DNA of 32,000 nucleotides from NCBI GenBank assembly GCA_028698185.1, contig JAQVDW010000008.1, positions 1-32,000 on the forward strand, written 5' to 3'. Of this stretch, positions 23,762 to 32,000 are shown piece after piece. The translations under genes were made by a program, and so were the position numbers. The notes beneath the pieces are model-generated. The model worked only from the letters and a program-made list of their open reading frames with translations, was not told the DNA's origin and did not search any database. Numbering within the stretch: position 1 is the first letter of the stretch; each line of letters begins with the position of its first letter. Source of the DNA: Erysipelotrichaceae bacterium (lineage in GTDB: Bacteria > Bacillota_I > Bacilli_A > Erysipelotrichales > Coprobacillaceae).

Positions 23762-24316
23762 ATGGAGGTGACTTTTATTAGAAAATATGATACCAAAAAA
23801 CCAAAACAACCTGATGAGTTAGTAAATGAGAAGATTCGGTTCAGAGAAGTCTTGGTTATTGATCAAAATGGTGATCAGCTTGGAGTTAAATCGAAAAATG
23901 AGGCTATCGATCTTGCGTATAGCCGTGATTTAGATTTGGTTTGTGTTGCCCCAAATGCCAAACCGCCAGTTTGCCGGATTATGGACTTTGGAAAATATCG
24001 TTTTGAGCAACAAAAAAAGGCTCGAGAAATGAAGAAAAACTCGAAAACTGTTACCCTTAAAGAAACGCAGTTGTCAGTGACTATCGATACTCATGACAAA
24101 AACGTGAAGTTGAAAAGAACATTGGCTTGGCTTGAGGAAGGTAACAAAGTTAAAATTGCAATCAGGTTCAGAGGTCGACAAATGGCTCATATGGACTTAG
24201 GAAAGAAAGTCATTGATGATTTTGTGGCTGAATGTGCGGAATTCGGTACGGTTGAATCACCAGCCAAACTAGAAGGAAGAACGTTGACTGCAATCATTGC
24301 ACCAAAGAAAAAATAA
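23762..24316 (+). CDS. infC: Translation initiation factor IF-3
   Basis: The pattern INEKIRFREVLVIDQNGDQLG...VCRIMDFGKYRFEQQKK...FRGRQMAH is typical IF-3. The ATG at 23762 sits inside the GGAGGTGA SD, so the real start is probably the in-frame ATT at 23777. Confidence 0.9.
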   Translation: MEVTFIRKYDTKKPKQPDELVNEKIRFREVLVIDQNGDQLGVKSKNEAIDLAYSRDLDLVCVAPNAKPPVCRIMDFGKYRFEQQKKAREMKKNSKTVTLKETQLSVTIDTHDKNVKLKRTLAWLEEGNKVKIAIRFRGRQMAHMDLGKKVIDDFVAECAEFGTVESPAKLEGRTLTAIIAPKKK

Positions 24317-24334
24317 TTTTAGGAGGATATAGTT

Positions 24335-24529
24335 ATGCCAAAAATGAAATCTCACAGTGGATTAAAAAAACGTATTAAAATTACTGGATCAGGTAAATTG
24401 AAAAGATCTCACGCTTATACTTCTCACTTAGCTCACAACAAATCTCATAAGCAAAAGAAACACCTTGCTAAATCAGGATTGGTAAGCAAATCAGATTATA
24501 AGAGAATTAAAACTAGACTTTCAAAATAA
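24335..24529 (+). CDS. rpmI: 50S ribosomal protein L35
   Basis: 64 aa reading [32 protein letters not shown], with an AGGAGGA SD. Confidence 0.95.
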   Translation: MPKMKSHSGLKKRIKITGSGKLKRSHAYTSHLAHNKSHKQKKHLAKSGLVSKSDYKRIKTRLSK

Positions 24530-24544
24530 TAGGAGGAAACTTAA

Positions 24545-24904
24545 ATGGCAAGAGTAAAAGGTGGATACACTGCTAGACGCAGAAGAAAAAAAGTTTTAAA
24601 GTTAGCTAAAGGATATTTTGGAGCGAAACATAAATTATACAAAACGGCTCATGAACAGGTAATGCATTCATATGCATACGCATACCGTGACCGTCGTCAA
24701 GTTAAACGTGATATGAGAAAATTATGGATTGCTCGTATTAACGCTGCAGCTAGAATGAACGAAATCTCATATTCAAAATTGATGTTTGGATTGAAGTTGG
24801 CTGGTGTTGAAATCAACCGTAAAATGCTTTCTGAAATCGCAATCGCAGATCCAAAAGGATTCAGCGCAATTGTTGACCAAGCAAAAGCACAATTAAATAA
24901 ATAA
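24545..24904 (+). CDS. rplT: 50S ribosomal protein L20
   Basis: 119 aa reading [29 protein letters not shown], with an AGGAGGA SD. A terminator follows. Confidence 0.95.
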   Translation: MARVKGGYTARRRRKKVLKLAKGYFGAKHKLYKTAHEQVMHSYAYAYRDRRQVKRDMRKLWIARINAAARMNEISYSKLMFGLKLAGVEINRKMLSEIAIADPKGFSAIVDQAKAQLNK

Positions 24905-24906
24905 TC

Positions 24907-24931
24907 TAGCACTTTTATAGTGCTATTTTTT
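24907..24931 (+). terminator. Terminator of infC-rpmI-rplT
   Basis: TAGCACT-tttat-AGTGCTA followed by TTTTTT. Confidence 0.85.
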
Positions 24932-24947
24932 GTAGGGGGAAAATTTG

Positions 24948-25769
24948 ATGCTTGAAATGTTTAAGGTAGTGCTTCTAGGAATTGTTGAAGGAATAACCGA
25001 ATGGTTGCCGATTTCATCGACCGGCCATATGATCCTGGTCGATGAGTTTGTCAAGCTTAATTGCACCGATGAATTCCTGTCGATGTTTTTAGTTGTTATC
25101 CAGCTGGGTGCGATAATGGCGGTTGTGGCCCTGTATTTTTCCAAACTGATGCCCCTGACCAGGCATGAGGGGAAAATCAAGCTGATACCCAGCAAGCTGA
25201 GATTGTGGTCGAAGATTCTGGTGGCTTCCCTGCCGGCCGCTTTGATTGGCTTGGCCTTCGATGACCTGATCGAAGAGAAGCTTTTCAATCCGCTTGTGGT
25301 CGCCTTGACCCTGATAGTTTATGGTGTTGCTTTTATTGTGATTGAATACTATAATAAAGATAGAGAAGTTAGAATCAATGATTTGAAGCAAATGGATTAT
25401 AAAACCGCTTTGGGAATCGGGGTTTTCCAGATTCTTGCTTTGATTCCGGGAACTAGTCGTTCTGGAGCGACCATAATTGGAGGGATTCTATTGGGTACAT
25501 CACGAGAAATTGCCGCCGAGTTCACTTTCTATCTGGCAATACCGATAATGTTCGGGGCATCTTTGCTCAAGATTTTTAAATTCGGTCTGGCATTCACTTT
25601 GGCGGAAGCAACCATGCTTTTGATTGGCTGCGCTGTCGCCTTTGTCGTATCAATTTTTGCAATCAAATTCTTGATGGGCTATATCAAGAAGCATGACTTC
25701 AGTGTCTTTGGATATTACCGGATCCTGGTCGGGGCCCTGGTATTGATTTATTTCTTCCTGGTAAAATAG
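24948..25769 (+). CDS. uppP: Undecaprenyl-diphosphate phosphatase
   Basis: Motifs GIVEGITEWLPISSTGH and PGTSRSGATIIGG are present. The ATG at 24948 follows GGGGGA. The ORF-track TTG lies 3 nt upstream. Confidence 0.9.
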   Translation: MLEMFKVVLLGIVEGITEWLPISSTGHMILVDEFVKLNCTDEFLSMFLVVIQLGAIMAVVALYFSKLMPLTRHEGKIKLIPSKLRLWSKILVASLPAALIGLAFDDLIEEKLFNPLVVALTLIVYGVAFIVIEYYNKDREVRINDLKQMDYKTALGIGVFQILALIPGTSRSGATIIGGILLGTSREIAAEFTFYLAIPIMFGASLLKIFKFGLAFTLAEATMLLIGCAVAFVVSIFAIKFLMGYIKKHDFSVFGYYRILVGALVLIYFFLVK

Positions 25770-25770
25770 G

Positions 25771-26175
25771 ATGAAGCAGGTAATCAAGCAGGCAGACATC
25801 TTGAACCGCACACCGACCGAGGTATACAAGATAATATGCAACTTCCCGCAAATAATATCTGGCATCAAGGATGCTAAAGAAGAGATCGATGGCCAGTTTT
25901 ATCACTACTACGTCAACGGTAAAGAAATTTTCACAATCCAGGTGACCAACTTGATTGAGGATCTGATGGTCGTATTCCACTTCAAGGGCATCCATCAGGA
26001 AGGGACTTTGTCAATCCAGTTGGCTTCATTGAACGAAACGTCGACACGGATCTATTTCACGTCATTTTTCGATTCACTGGACTATCTTGGCAAAGCCGAA
26101 CTGGCGTTCAACCGCCTGGCGATATATGTCGATGACATCGAACTCAACATCCGCAACGCATTGAAGAACGGTTAA
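25771..26175 (+). CDS. Hypothetical protein, possibly SRPBCC/START-like fold
   Basis: 134 aa. It starts 1 nt after the uppP stop and a terminator follows. The N-terminal pattern ILNRTPTEVYKIICNFPQI resembles SRPBCC proteins. This is a weak call. Confidence 0.5.
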   Translation: MKQVIKQADILNRTPTEVYKIICNFPQIISGIKDAKEEIDGQFYHYYVNGKEIFTIQVTNLIEDLMVVFHFKGIHQEGTLSIQLASLNETSTRIYFTSFFDSLDYLGKAELAFNRLAIYVDDIELNIRNALKNG

Positions 26176-26188
26176 GCCGTTCTTTTTT
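26164..26188 (+). terminator. Terminator after the uppP and SRPBCC-like genes
   Basis: GAACGG-ttaag-CCGTTC followed by TTTTTT. Confidence 0.8.
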
Positions 26189-26311
26189 GTTTTTTGTCAA
26201 TTTTGCGGTATAATTGAATCAGATAGACCAGCATCAATTCATTTTCATATTATAAAAATATATTTTCATATTTGGATATTTTGTGCTAATATTGAATCAG
26301 GAGGATGGATC

Positions 26312-27445
26312 ATGAAAATTCAAAGCAAGCGGATTTACCTGGCGGGGATGTTTCTGCCTGGAATTATTGAAATGGAAAATGAAAAAATCAAACGGATATT
26401 GCCTTATGGAAGCGAGACACCCGACCATGATTACGGGGACAGGATGATCATTCCGGGAATGATTGATGTCCATTGTCATGGAGGGATCGGGGTTGACACC
26501 AACGACGCTGACGAACCGGGTATGATTGCCTGGTCAAAGGCGCTGTTGGAAGAAGGAATCACTTCCTTCACTCCGACGACCGTCACCGATTCGGTCGATT
26601 CCCTGAAAAACGCGGTTGCTGTGGTGGCCAAGATAATTGACGAGAGAACCTACGGGGCCCAAATGGTGGGAATCCATCTCGAGGGACCTTATGTCAATAC
26701 CGAAAAAAAAGGAGCCCAGCCGCCCCAACATATCCTGAAGCCTGATCCTGAAACGTTCAAGCAGATCAATGAAGCGGCCAAAAACAATATCAAGATCGTG
26801 ACCCTGGCCCCGGAACTTGACGATGGTTTCGAATTCACCAGATATCTTGCCGATCAGGGAATCCAAGTGGCTCTTGGCCATTCCAATGCGACTTTTGAAC
26901 AAGGCTACCAGGCGGTTGCCAATGGGGCCAACGGAATCACCCATTGTTACAATGCGATGAATCCGTTACACCACCGCGACCCCTCGCTGGTGGGTCTCGC
27001 GATGAATCTCGATGATATCTTCGTTGAGGTGATCTGCGATGGCAATCATGTCACCTGGCCGGCCTTAAAGGGGCTTGTGGATGCCCGAAACAATCTCAAT
27101 TGCATTATGGTCGACGACGCTCTGGCGGCAAAAGGCTGCGCACCGGGAGTGTATCAGCTGGGCGATTATGAAGTGGAGGTCCGCGACAACGGGTCATGCT
27201 ACATCGTCAACACTCAGACATTGGCCGGCGGTTCCCTCAAGTTCAACGAGGGATTGGCGAACCTGATCGAAAAGGCTCTTGTTCCGATTCCTGTGGCGAT
27301 AAACATGGTGACAATCAATCCGGCCCGATATCTCAAGATTGACGATTTCAAAGGAAAAATCCAGGCCGGCTACGACGGTGACCTGGTTGTCTTGAACCCG
27401 GACTATTCGATTCAGGCGGTTTATTGCCGTGGAAAAATGGTATAG
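26312..27445 (+). CDS. nagA: N-acetylglucosamine-6-phosphate deacetylase
   Basis: 377 aa with an AGGAGGA SD. Features are the metal-ligand motif IPGMIDVHCHGG, HLEGPY, ALGHSNAT, THCYNAM and the C-terminal GYDGDLVVL. Confidence 0.9.
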   Translation: MKIQSKRIYLAGMFLPGIIEMENEKIKRILPYGSETPDHDYGDRMIIPGMIDVHCHGGIGVDTNDADEPGMIAWSKALLEEGITSFTPTTVTDSVDSLKNAVAVVAKIIDERTYGAQMVGIHLEGPYVNTEKKGAQPPQHILKPDPETFKQINEAAKNNIKIVTLAPELDDGFEFTRYLADQGIQVALGHSNATFEQGYQAVANGANGITHCYNAMNPLHHRDPSLVGLAMNLDDIFVEVICDGNHVTWPALKGLVDARNNLNCIMVDDALAAKGCAPGVYQLGDYEVEVRDNGSCYIVNTQTLAGGSLKFNEGLANLIEKALVPIPVAINMVTINPARYLKIDDFKGKIQAGYDGDLVVLNPDYSIQAVYCRGKMV

Positions 27446-27450
27446 AGGCA

Positions 27451-27480
27451 AAAAAAGGATAACGCAAGCTATCCTTTTTT
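27451..27480. terminator. Bidirectional terminator between convergent nagA and the phosphoesterase gene
   Basis: AAAAAAGGATA-acgcaagc-TATCCTTTTTT. Confidence 0.85.
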
Positions 27481-28015
27481 ATTTGAATACTGATTTCAAA
27501 TATCCCATAAACCCGGATTTGTTGGTGTGGTCGAATGGATTGCATTCCTGGAAGTCGTCGGCATTGTAATAACGGCAGCTTCTCTCTGTCGTGTCGAAAA
27601 TGGCGAAGGTTCCCTTGCGGTAATGGCCTCGAGGCAAGGCAAGCGAACCGGGGTTGATCAGGGTAAGGTCATCGACCTCGTCAAAATACGCGATGTGGGT
27701 GTGGCCGAAGCATACGACATCGGCGTGTTTGTTCCGGGCGGTTTCAATAAGGTAATCAAGGGTGTAGTTGACATCGTGGCGGTTGCCATGGACGATGAAA
27801 AAGACAAGATTGTCGATTGTCACCAGCAGTTCCTGGTGGCCGGGATAATAATCGTTGTTGCCAAGAACGATATAGAAGTTTCTGGCATTGGAAGGCTGGA
27901 AATTGTAGTGGATGTCACCACAATGAATATAACAATCGACGGAATGTGATTTCATGATTTTCTCGATTTTGGATTGCTCCATAAAATGGGAATCCGACAT
28001 GATCATAATTTTCAT
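27479..28015 (-). CDS. Metallophosphoesterase, YfcE/MJ0936 family
   Basis: 178 aa with an AAAGGAG SD. Motifs appear in the canonical order: MSDSH, CGDI, GNND, HGN and GHTH. Confidence 0.85.
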   Translation of the reverse strand: MKIMIMSDSHFMEQSKIEKIMKSHSVDCYIHCGDIHYNFQPSNARNFYIVLGNNDYYPGHQELLVTIDNLVFFIVHGNRHDVNYTLDYLIETARNKHADVVCFGHTHIAYFDEVDDLTLINPGSLALPRGHYRKGTFAIFDTTERSCRYYNADDFQECNPFDHTNKSGFMGYLKSVFK

Positions 28016-28096
28016 ATAAGTGCTCCTTTACCTTATACTACCAAATTAACACAATAATTACAAAAAAAATCCAAATTTCCAATGAAATTCGAGCAT

Positions 28097-28124
28097 TTCC
28101 TAAATCATCCGGATGATTTAGGAA
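28097..28124. repeat. Perfect 28-bp palindrome
   Basis: TTCCTAAATCATCC|GGATGATTTAGGAA. There is no T-run on either side. It lies between divergent genes. Confidence 0.9.
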
Positions 28125-28349
28125 TTCACTAAAGGATATATTACCCATGTATAAACTAAGTGTGTAAAAAAATGTGTCAAGAAAGCGACATGCCCGATTG
28201 TAAACGTTACCATTCCAAATAAAAGTTTACAATATTATATATAAGTAACCTATCAATTTGTTAAAAGTCGAGAAAAATACGAATTGTTGTGGATTTTTAT
28301 GTTGAGGGATAGTATAATTATGTCATCGATTATTTATGGAGGGCAAATT

Positions 28350-29777
28350 ATGGCCAGTAAATTGATGCGGATAAAGGATTATCTTGAAAATAAAGTGATC
28401 GCACGAAAAGCGATGTTCCTGCCTTTGGTGTGCGTTTCAACCTTCATGTTGGTTGGTTACGCTGCGGTGGACAAGGAAGCTCCGGTGATTGAAACCAATA
28501 CTGTTGAATTGGTTTACCAAGGAAGTCTGACTTTGGATATGATCAATGTCAGCGACAACCGTGATGAACCCGCCACACTCAACGTTTCGATCGATGAAAA
28601 CAACCTTAATATAAACCAACTAGGTTCATATACTATAAATGTAACTGCAAAGGATTCATTCAACAATGAAGCCCAAAAGGAAGTGACAGTCAACGTTGTC
28701 GATCTGACTGCTCCGACAATCGAACCACTTGGCCAAATCCAAGGCTACGTGATCAATGTGCCGGTAAAAGGCAGCAACGATTTAGGCAATTACCTTCTCG
28801 CGAGTGACGATGTGGACGGTGACGTCACACCGTTCATCGAGTCTTCTGCAAAACTCGATACCGCCAAATTGGGACTTCAGACATTGGAGTTGACTGTTGC
28901 TGACAGCTCTGCCAATGTGACAAAAACAACTTATACATTCAATGTAACCGACACTCAGGCACCCAAAATCGACCTGCCAAAAGGTGTCAACGTTGTTCTT
29001 GAGTATAATCAAAACTTCAATCTCAATGACTATTTCAAGGCAACCGACAACTTTGAAAGCAATTTGAAAGTTGAAACTGCCGGTGCTGTCGATGTCAAAA
29101 AGTATCAGGAAAAACAGACTGTCGAAATCGTTGTCACCGACAGCTCGGAAAACCAAACAAGACAGACGATGACTTTCGTCGTGGAGGACAACCAGGCCCC
29201 TTCCTTGAAGCTCAAAAACAGCTCGATTACTGTCAGCACCAATGACAGCCTGAATCTTGCTTCATATGTTTCCAGCGCCACTGACAACAAGGACGGCAAT
29301 GTGGTCAAAGAAGTCAGCTTCAACACGATTTCGACTTCAAGTGCCGGTACGAAAATCGTGACTTACCAGGTGGCCGATGAGGCTGGAAACAAGGCTACGG
29401 CGCAGCTCAAAGTCCGCGTTGTGGCACCATTGACTTACTCAAGTGTTACCGGTAATCGCATTGTCGATGTCGCTTTTAGCAAAATCGGGACGCCTTATGT
29501 TTATGGCGCTACCGGACCGAACGCATTCGACTGTTCGGGCTTCACCCAATGGGTTTACCGCCAAAACGGAAAAACCATCCCGAGAACTTCAACCGCCCAA
29601 AAAACCGGAGGAACGGTGATTTCGATTTCGCAAGCGCGTCCGGGTGACATTTTATGGCGTTCGGGACATGTGGCGATCTATGTAGGGGGGAACTCATATA
29701 TCCATGCGCCCCATACCGGAGCCTATGTCCGGGTGGATAGTGGAATTTACTCATTCACCTGTGCGGTGAGATACTGA
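28350..29777 (+). CDS. Secreted or anchored cell-wall hydrolase with four Ig-like repeats of about 80 aa and a C-terminal NlpC/P60 domain
   Basis: 475 aa from ATG 28350, with a GGAGGG SD. It has an N-terminal anchor (AMFLPLVCVSTFMLVGYAAV). Four repeats each begin with xxAPxI and end in V.V.D. The P60 catalytic context FDCSGFTQWVY ... GHVAIYVG ... HAP is present. Confidence 0.85.
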   Translation: MASKLMRIKDYLENKVIARKAMFLPLVCVSTFMLVGYAAVDKEAPVIETNTVELVYQGSLTLDMINVSDNRDEPATLNVSIDENNLNINQLGSYTINVTAKDSFNNEAQKEVTVNVVDLTAPTIEPLGQIQGYVINVPVKGSNDLGNYLLASDDVDGDVTPFIESSAKLDTAKLGLQTLELTVADSSANVTKTTYTFNVTDTQAPKIDLPKGVNVVLEYNQNFNLNDYFKATDNFESNLKVETAGAVDVKKYQEKQTVEIVVTDSSENQTRQTMTFVVEDNQAPSLKLKNSSITVSTNDSLNLASYVSSATDNKDGNVVKEVSFNTISTSSAGTKIVTYQVADEAGNKATAQLKVRVVAPLTYSSVTGNRIVDVAFSKIGTPYVYGATGPNAFDCSGFTQWVYRQNGKTIPRTSTAQKTGGTVISISQARPGDILWRSGHVAIYVGGNSYIHAPHTGAYVRVDSGIYSFTCAVRY

Positions 29778-29782
29778 TGATC

Positions 29783-29833
29783 AAAGGTTTGCTTTTTCGG
29801 TAATTTCCGGGAAAACGAACCTTTTTATTTTTT
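29783..29833 (+). terminator. Terminator of the NlpC/P60 gene
   Basis: An 18-bp stem (AAAGGTTTGCTTTTTCGG / CCGGGAAAACGAACCTTT, with wobbles and one mismatch) followed by TTATTTTTT. Confidence 0.75.
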
Positions 29834-29873
29834 CTTGACTCTGGCTATGCTAAAATAAGTCGAGGTGAATTTT

Positions 29874-31361
29874 ATGTATGTAGGAACAAAAAAGATATTT
29901 GAGAAATATGATCAGGCATTGCTCGAGCAGGGAAACAGGATTGAGGAATTGGTCGACCTGGCTAGCGATGCTTTGTATAGACATCTGGATAAATACCAGT
30001 CATATGCGTTTTTAATAGGACCGGGCAACAACGGTGCCGACGGTCTAAGCTTGGGGCTGAAGTTGGCCTTGAACAAGAAGGAAGTCCAGTTCTACTGTTT
30101 TTCCACTCATCATTCCCCTGCCAATTCGCATTACCTTGAACAGGTAGACCAGCTATCCATTCCCGTAGCAAAGATGGATCAGGAAAATCTTGAATCTTTC
30201 CAGGAAGAGCTAAACTTGTATGATGTCGTTGTCGACTGCCTTTTTGGTTTTGGTTTGAACAAACCGATGGCGGGGATCTATAAAGATGTGGCTGAGCTAG
30301 TAAACAATGAATGCAACAGCGATGTCGTGGCAATCGACATTCCAAGCGGAATGTATTGCGACACTTTCAATGGCGGCGATACCATTATCAAGGCCGATCT
30401 GACCGTCACTCTGACCGCTTTGAAGCAGTCTTTCTTGAATCCGGCCAGTCAGGAATACACCGGAAAAATCCAACTTGAATACCTGGACGCTCAAAGTTTC
30501 CATAAGCAGCTGGGATTTGCGAGAATTCTTGAGCGTAATGACATGGTCAGGATCATGAAAAAGAGGAATTACGACGACTACAAGCATAGAAACGGAATGG
30601 CGATCCATTTTACCGGATCTTCGAGATACCGGGGCGCCAGTGTCTTGGCAGCCAAAGCGGCGGTTTACAGCGGCTGCGGAATTGTGGCTTTGAGCAGCGT
30701 CGCTCTGGTGGAACAGGCGGTATGCAACAATGTTCCCGAAGTTGTGTTTGATTTCCTTGAGGGAACGACAATGGAACAAGGTCTGGCCAAATACGATTCG
30801 ATCCTTGTGGGCAGTGGCCTGGGGATATCGCTTGAATCCATCAAGACTGTTTTTGGCGTGCTTGAATACGCCCGCGGGCCACTTGTTATCGACGGCGATG
30901 CCCTGACGATTTTAGCCAAACGGCAGGAGATATTGAAAGAGATTTCAACGAAGCTGGTGCTCACGCCTCATATCGGCGAATTCAAAAGGTTTTGCCATCT
31001 TGAAGATGGTGACGACGTTATGGCCAAAGCGGTAAGTTTCGCCAGGGAAAACCGAATCATCCTTGTTTTGAAAGGGCCCAACACCATCATCACCGACGGC
31101 AACACAACCTACCGCAATTCGACCGGTTCGATGGCTATGGCCACCGCCGGAAGTGGCGATGTTCTTGCGGGAATGATCTCCTCGTTTCTAGCCCAGGGCT
31201 ACGAACCTCTTAATGCGGCATGCCTCGGGGTCTATTGCCATGGCCAGGCGGGGGAAGAGGTCGCGTTGACCAGCTATATGGCCGTAGCCAGCCAGGTCAT
31301 CGAAAAAATACCGGCAGTTTTGAAAGAATTCGAGGACTGCAATCTTAAATACAGCCGATAA
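29874..31361 (+). CDS. nnr: Bifunctional NAD(P)H-hydrate repair enzyme (YjeF_N epimerase plus ADP-dependent dehydratase)
   Basis: About 495 aa from ATG 29874, with a GAGGTGA SD. The N-terminal half has GPGNNGADG and the C-terminal half has ATAGSGDVLAGMI, typical of Nnr/YjeF. Confidence 0.9.
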   Translation: MYVGTKKIFEKYDQALLEQGNRIEELVDLASDALYRHLDKYQSYAFLIGPGNNGADGLSLGLKLALNKKEVQFYCFSTHHSPANSHYLEQVDQLSIPVAKMDQENLESFQEELNLYDVVVDCLFGFGLNKPMAGIYKDVAELVNNECNSDVVAIDIPSGMYCDTFNGGDTIIKADLTVTLTALKQSFLNPASQEYTGKIQLEYLDAQSFHKQLGFARILERNDMVRIMKKRNYDDYKHRNGMAIHFTGSSRYRGASVLAAKAAVYSGCGIVALSSVALVEQAVCNNVPEVVFDFLEGTTMEQGLAKYDSILVGSGLGISLESIKTVFGVLEYARGPLVIDGDALTILAKRQEILKEISTKLVLTPHIGEFKRFCHLEDGDDVMAKAVSFARENRIILVLKGPNTIITDGNTTYRNSTGSMAMATAGSGDVLAGMISSFLAQGYEPLNAACLGVYCHGQAGEEVALTSYMAVASQVIEKIPAVLKEFEDCNLKYSR

Positions 31362-31405
31362 AAAAGCCAGGCGGGAATCAAAATATGATCCCATCTGGCT
31401 TTTTC
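31361..31405. terminator. Bidirectional terminator between convergent nnr and pgeF
   Basis: AAAAAGCCAG ... CTGGCTTTTT with an inner imperfect stem. Confidence 0.7.
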
Positions 31406-32000
31406 TTATTTGAATTTTATGAACGTGACATTTCGGCTGCCGTCGCGATTGCGGCGGTGCGAACTGAAAATGTCATTGTGATCGAATGTGTCGAAATCCG
31501 ATACCTTGATGTTTCCGGATGGAACCCCAAATCTTTGCAACTGCGCCTTGTTGAGGCCCTTGTTGTCAAGGAGATAGTGGAGTTCGTCTTTGGCACGGTA
31601 ATAATCGCCTGTGTCAAAACTCATCTTCCTGACCAGATCAATCACATCGTCTTGGACCTCGAGATGCCCTTTGCCAAGAGATGGTCCGATGTATGCATAA
31701 ACGTTCAGGGGATCGACCTGGAATTTTTCAATCAGATAGGCTGTGACCTTTGATGTGATTTCGCTCACCGTACCCTTCCAGCCGGAGTGGATCGAGGCGA
31801 TGATTTTCTTGTCGGCGCAATAGATCATCACCGGAGTGCAGTCAGCATGGAAGCTAAGCAGGACAAGATCATCCTGGCTGATCAGTGCGTCGACCCCATC
31901 GAGATGGCCGAAGTTTCCGGTCACATTGGTCCCCCGGTCGCTGGAGTCGACAACCGCAAAGATGCTGGTGTGTTTCTGGATTGGAGCCACCAGGTCATCG
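31406..32000 (-). CDS. pgeF: Peptidoglycan editing factor PgeF / YfiH (DUF152, laccase-domain) protein. It is partial, with the N-terminus beyond the right window edge.
   Basis: Motifs FHADCTPV, SIHSGWKGT and SSHR are present. The frame stays open from 31990 to the window end. Confidence 0.8.
   Translation of the reverse strand, partial: DDLVAPIQKHTSIFAVVDSSDRGTNVTGNFGHLDGVDALISQDDLVLLSFHADCTPVMIYCADKKIIASIHSGWKGTVSEITSKVTAYLIEKFQVDPLNVYAYIGPSLGKGHLEVQDDVIDLVRKMSFDTGDYYRAKDELHYLLDNKGLNKAQLQRFGVPSGNIKVSDFDTFDHNDIFSSHRRNRDGSRNVTFIKFK

Noticed and set aside
28160-28185. WalR-like direct repeats (TGTAAA ... TGTGTC) upstream of the P60 hydrolase
   Set aside because: The spacing between the TGT triplets is 10 or 12 nt, not the 11 nt required by TGTWAH-N5-TGTWAH, and the second hexamer is a poor match.
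1-32000. Scan for CRISPR arrays, IS elements or transposases, integrases, phage or defence-system genes, rRNA and tRNA
   Set aside because: I found no regularly spaced repeats, no transposase or integrase-like ORFs, no terminal inverted repeats flanking a gene block, and no structured-RNA gene signatures. The accessory-looking content is confined to the sugar PTS island.

Overview
Chromosomal segment of a low-GC Gram-positive (Bacillota-like) genome. Supporting signals are GGAGG Shine-Dalgarno sites, hairpin plus T-run terminators, a PRD-type regulator, a lipobox lipoprotein and an infC-rpmI-rplT operon with a leader attenuator. I call about 31 protein genes. I found no rRNA, tRNA, CRISPR array or recognisable mobile element. 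The left third is a sugar-alcohol PTS island: mtlA (EIICB), then a terminator and its own promoter, then a divergent second EIICB paralog translationally coupled to an MtlR-type activator, then a nitroreductase, then about 450 bp of orphan non-coding DNA, then an operon of mtlF (EIIA), a 1-phosphofructokinase-family kinase and a SorE/YggP-like Zn dehydrogenase. No mtlD is present in the window. A shared 28-nt operator-like element sits at identical spacing upstream of the mtlA and mtlF promoters. The remaining genes are a GGDEF cyclase, udp, an alpha/beta hydrolase, mnmA, a COG2984-type ABC importer, an HhH-GPD protein with no Asp at the catalytic position, an orphan protein, prfC, a heavily degenerated P1B-ATPase-like membrane protein overlapping an RluA-family synthase by 4 nt, infC-rpmI-rplT, uppP, an SRPBCC-like protein, nagA, a metallophosphoesterase, an Ig-repeat NlpC/P60 hydrolase, nnr and a partial pgeF. 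The most interesting items are the non-canonical mannitol-class locus (alternative catabolic module plus a possible sensor paralog) and the fossil P-type ATPase. All family assignments come from reading motifs by eye; no database search was possible.
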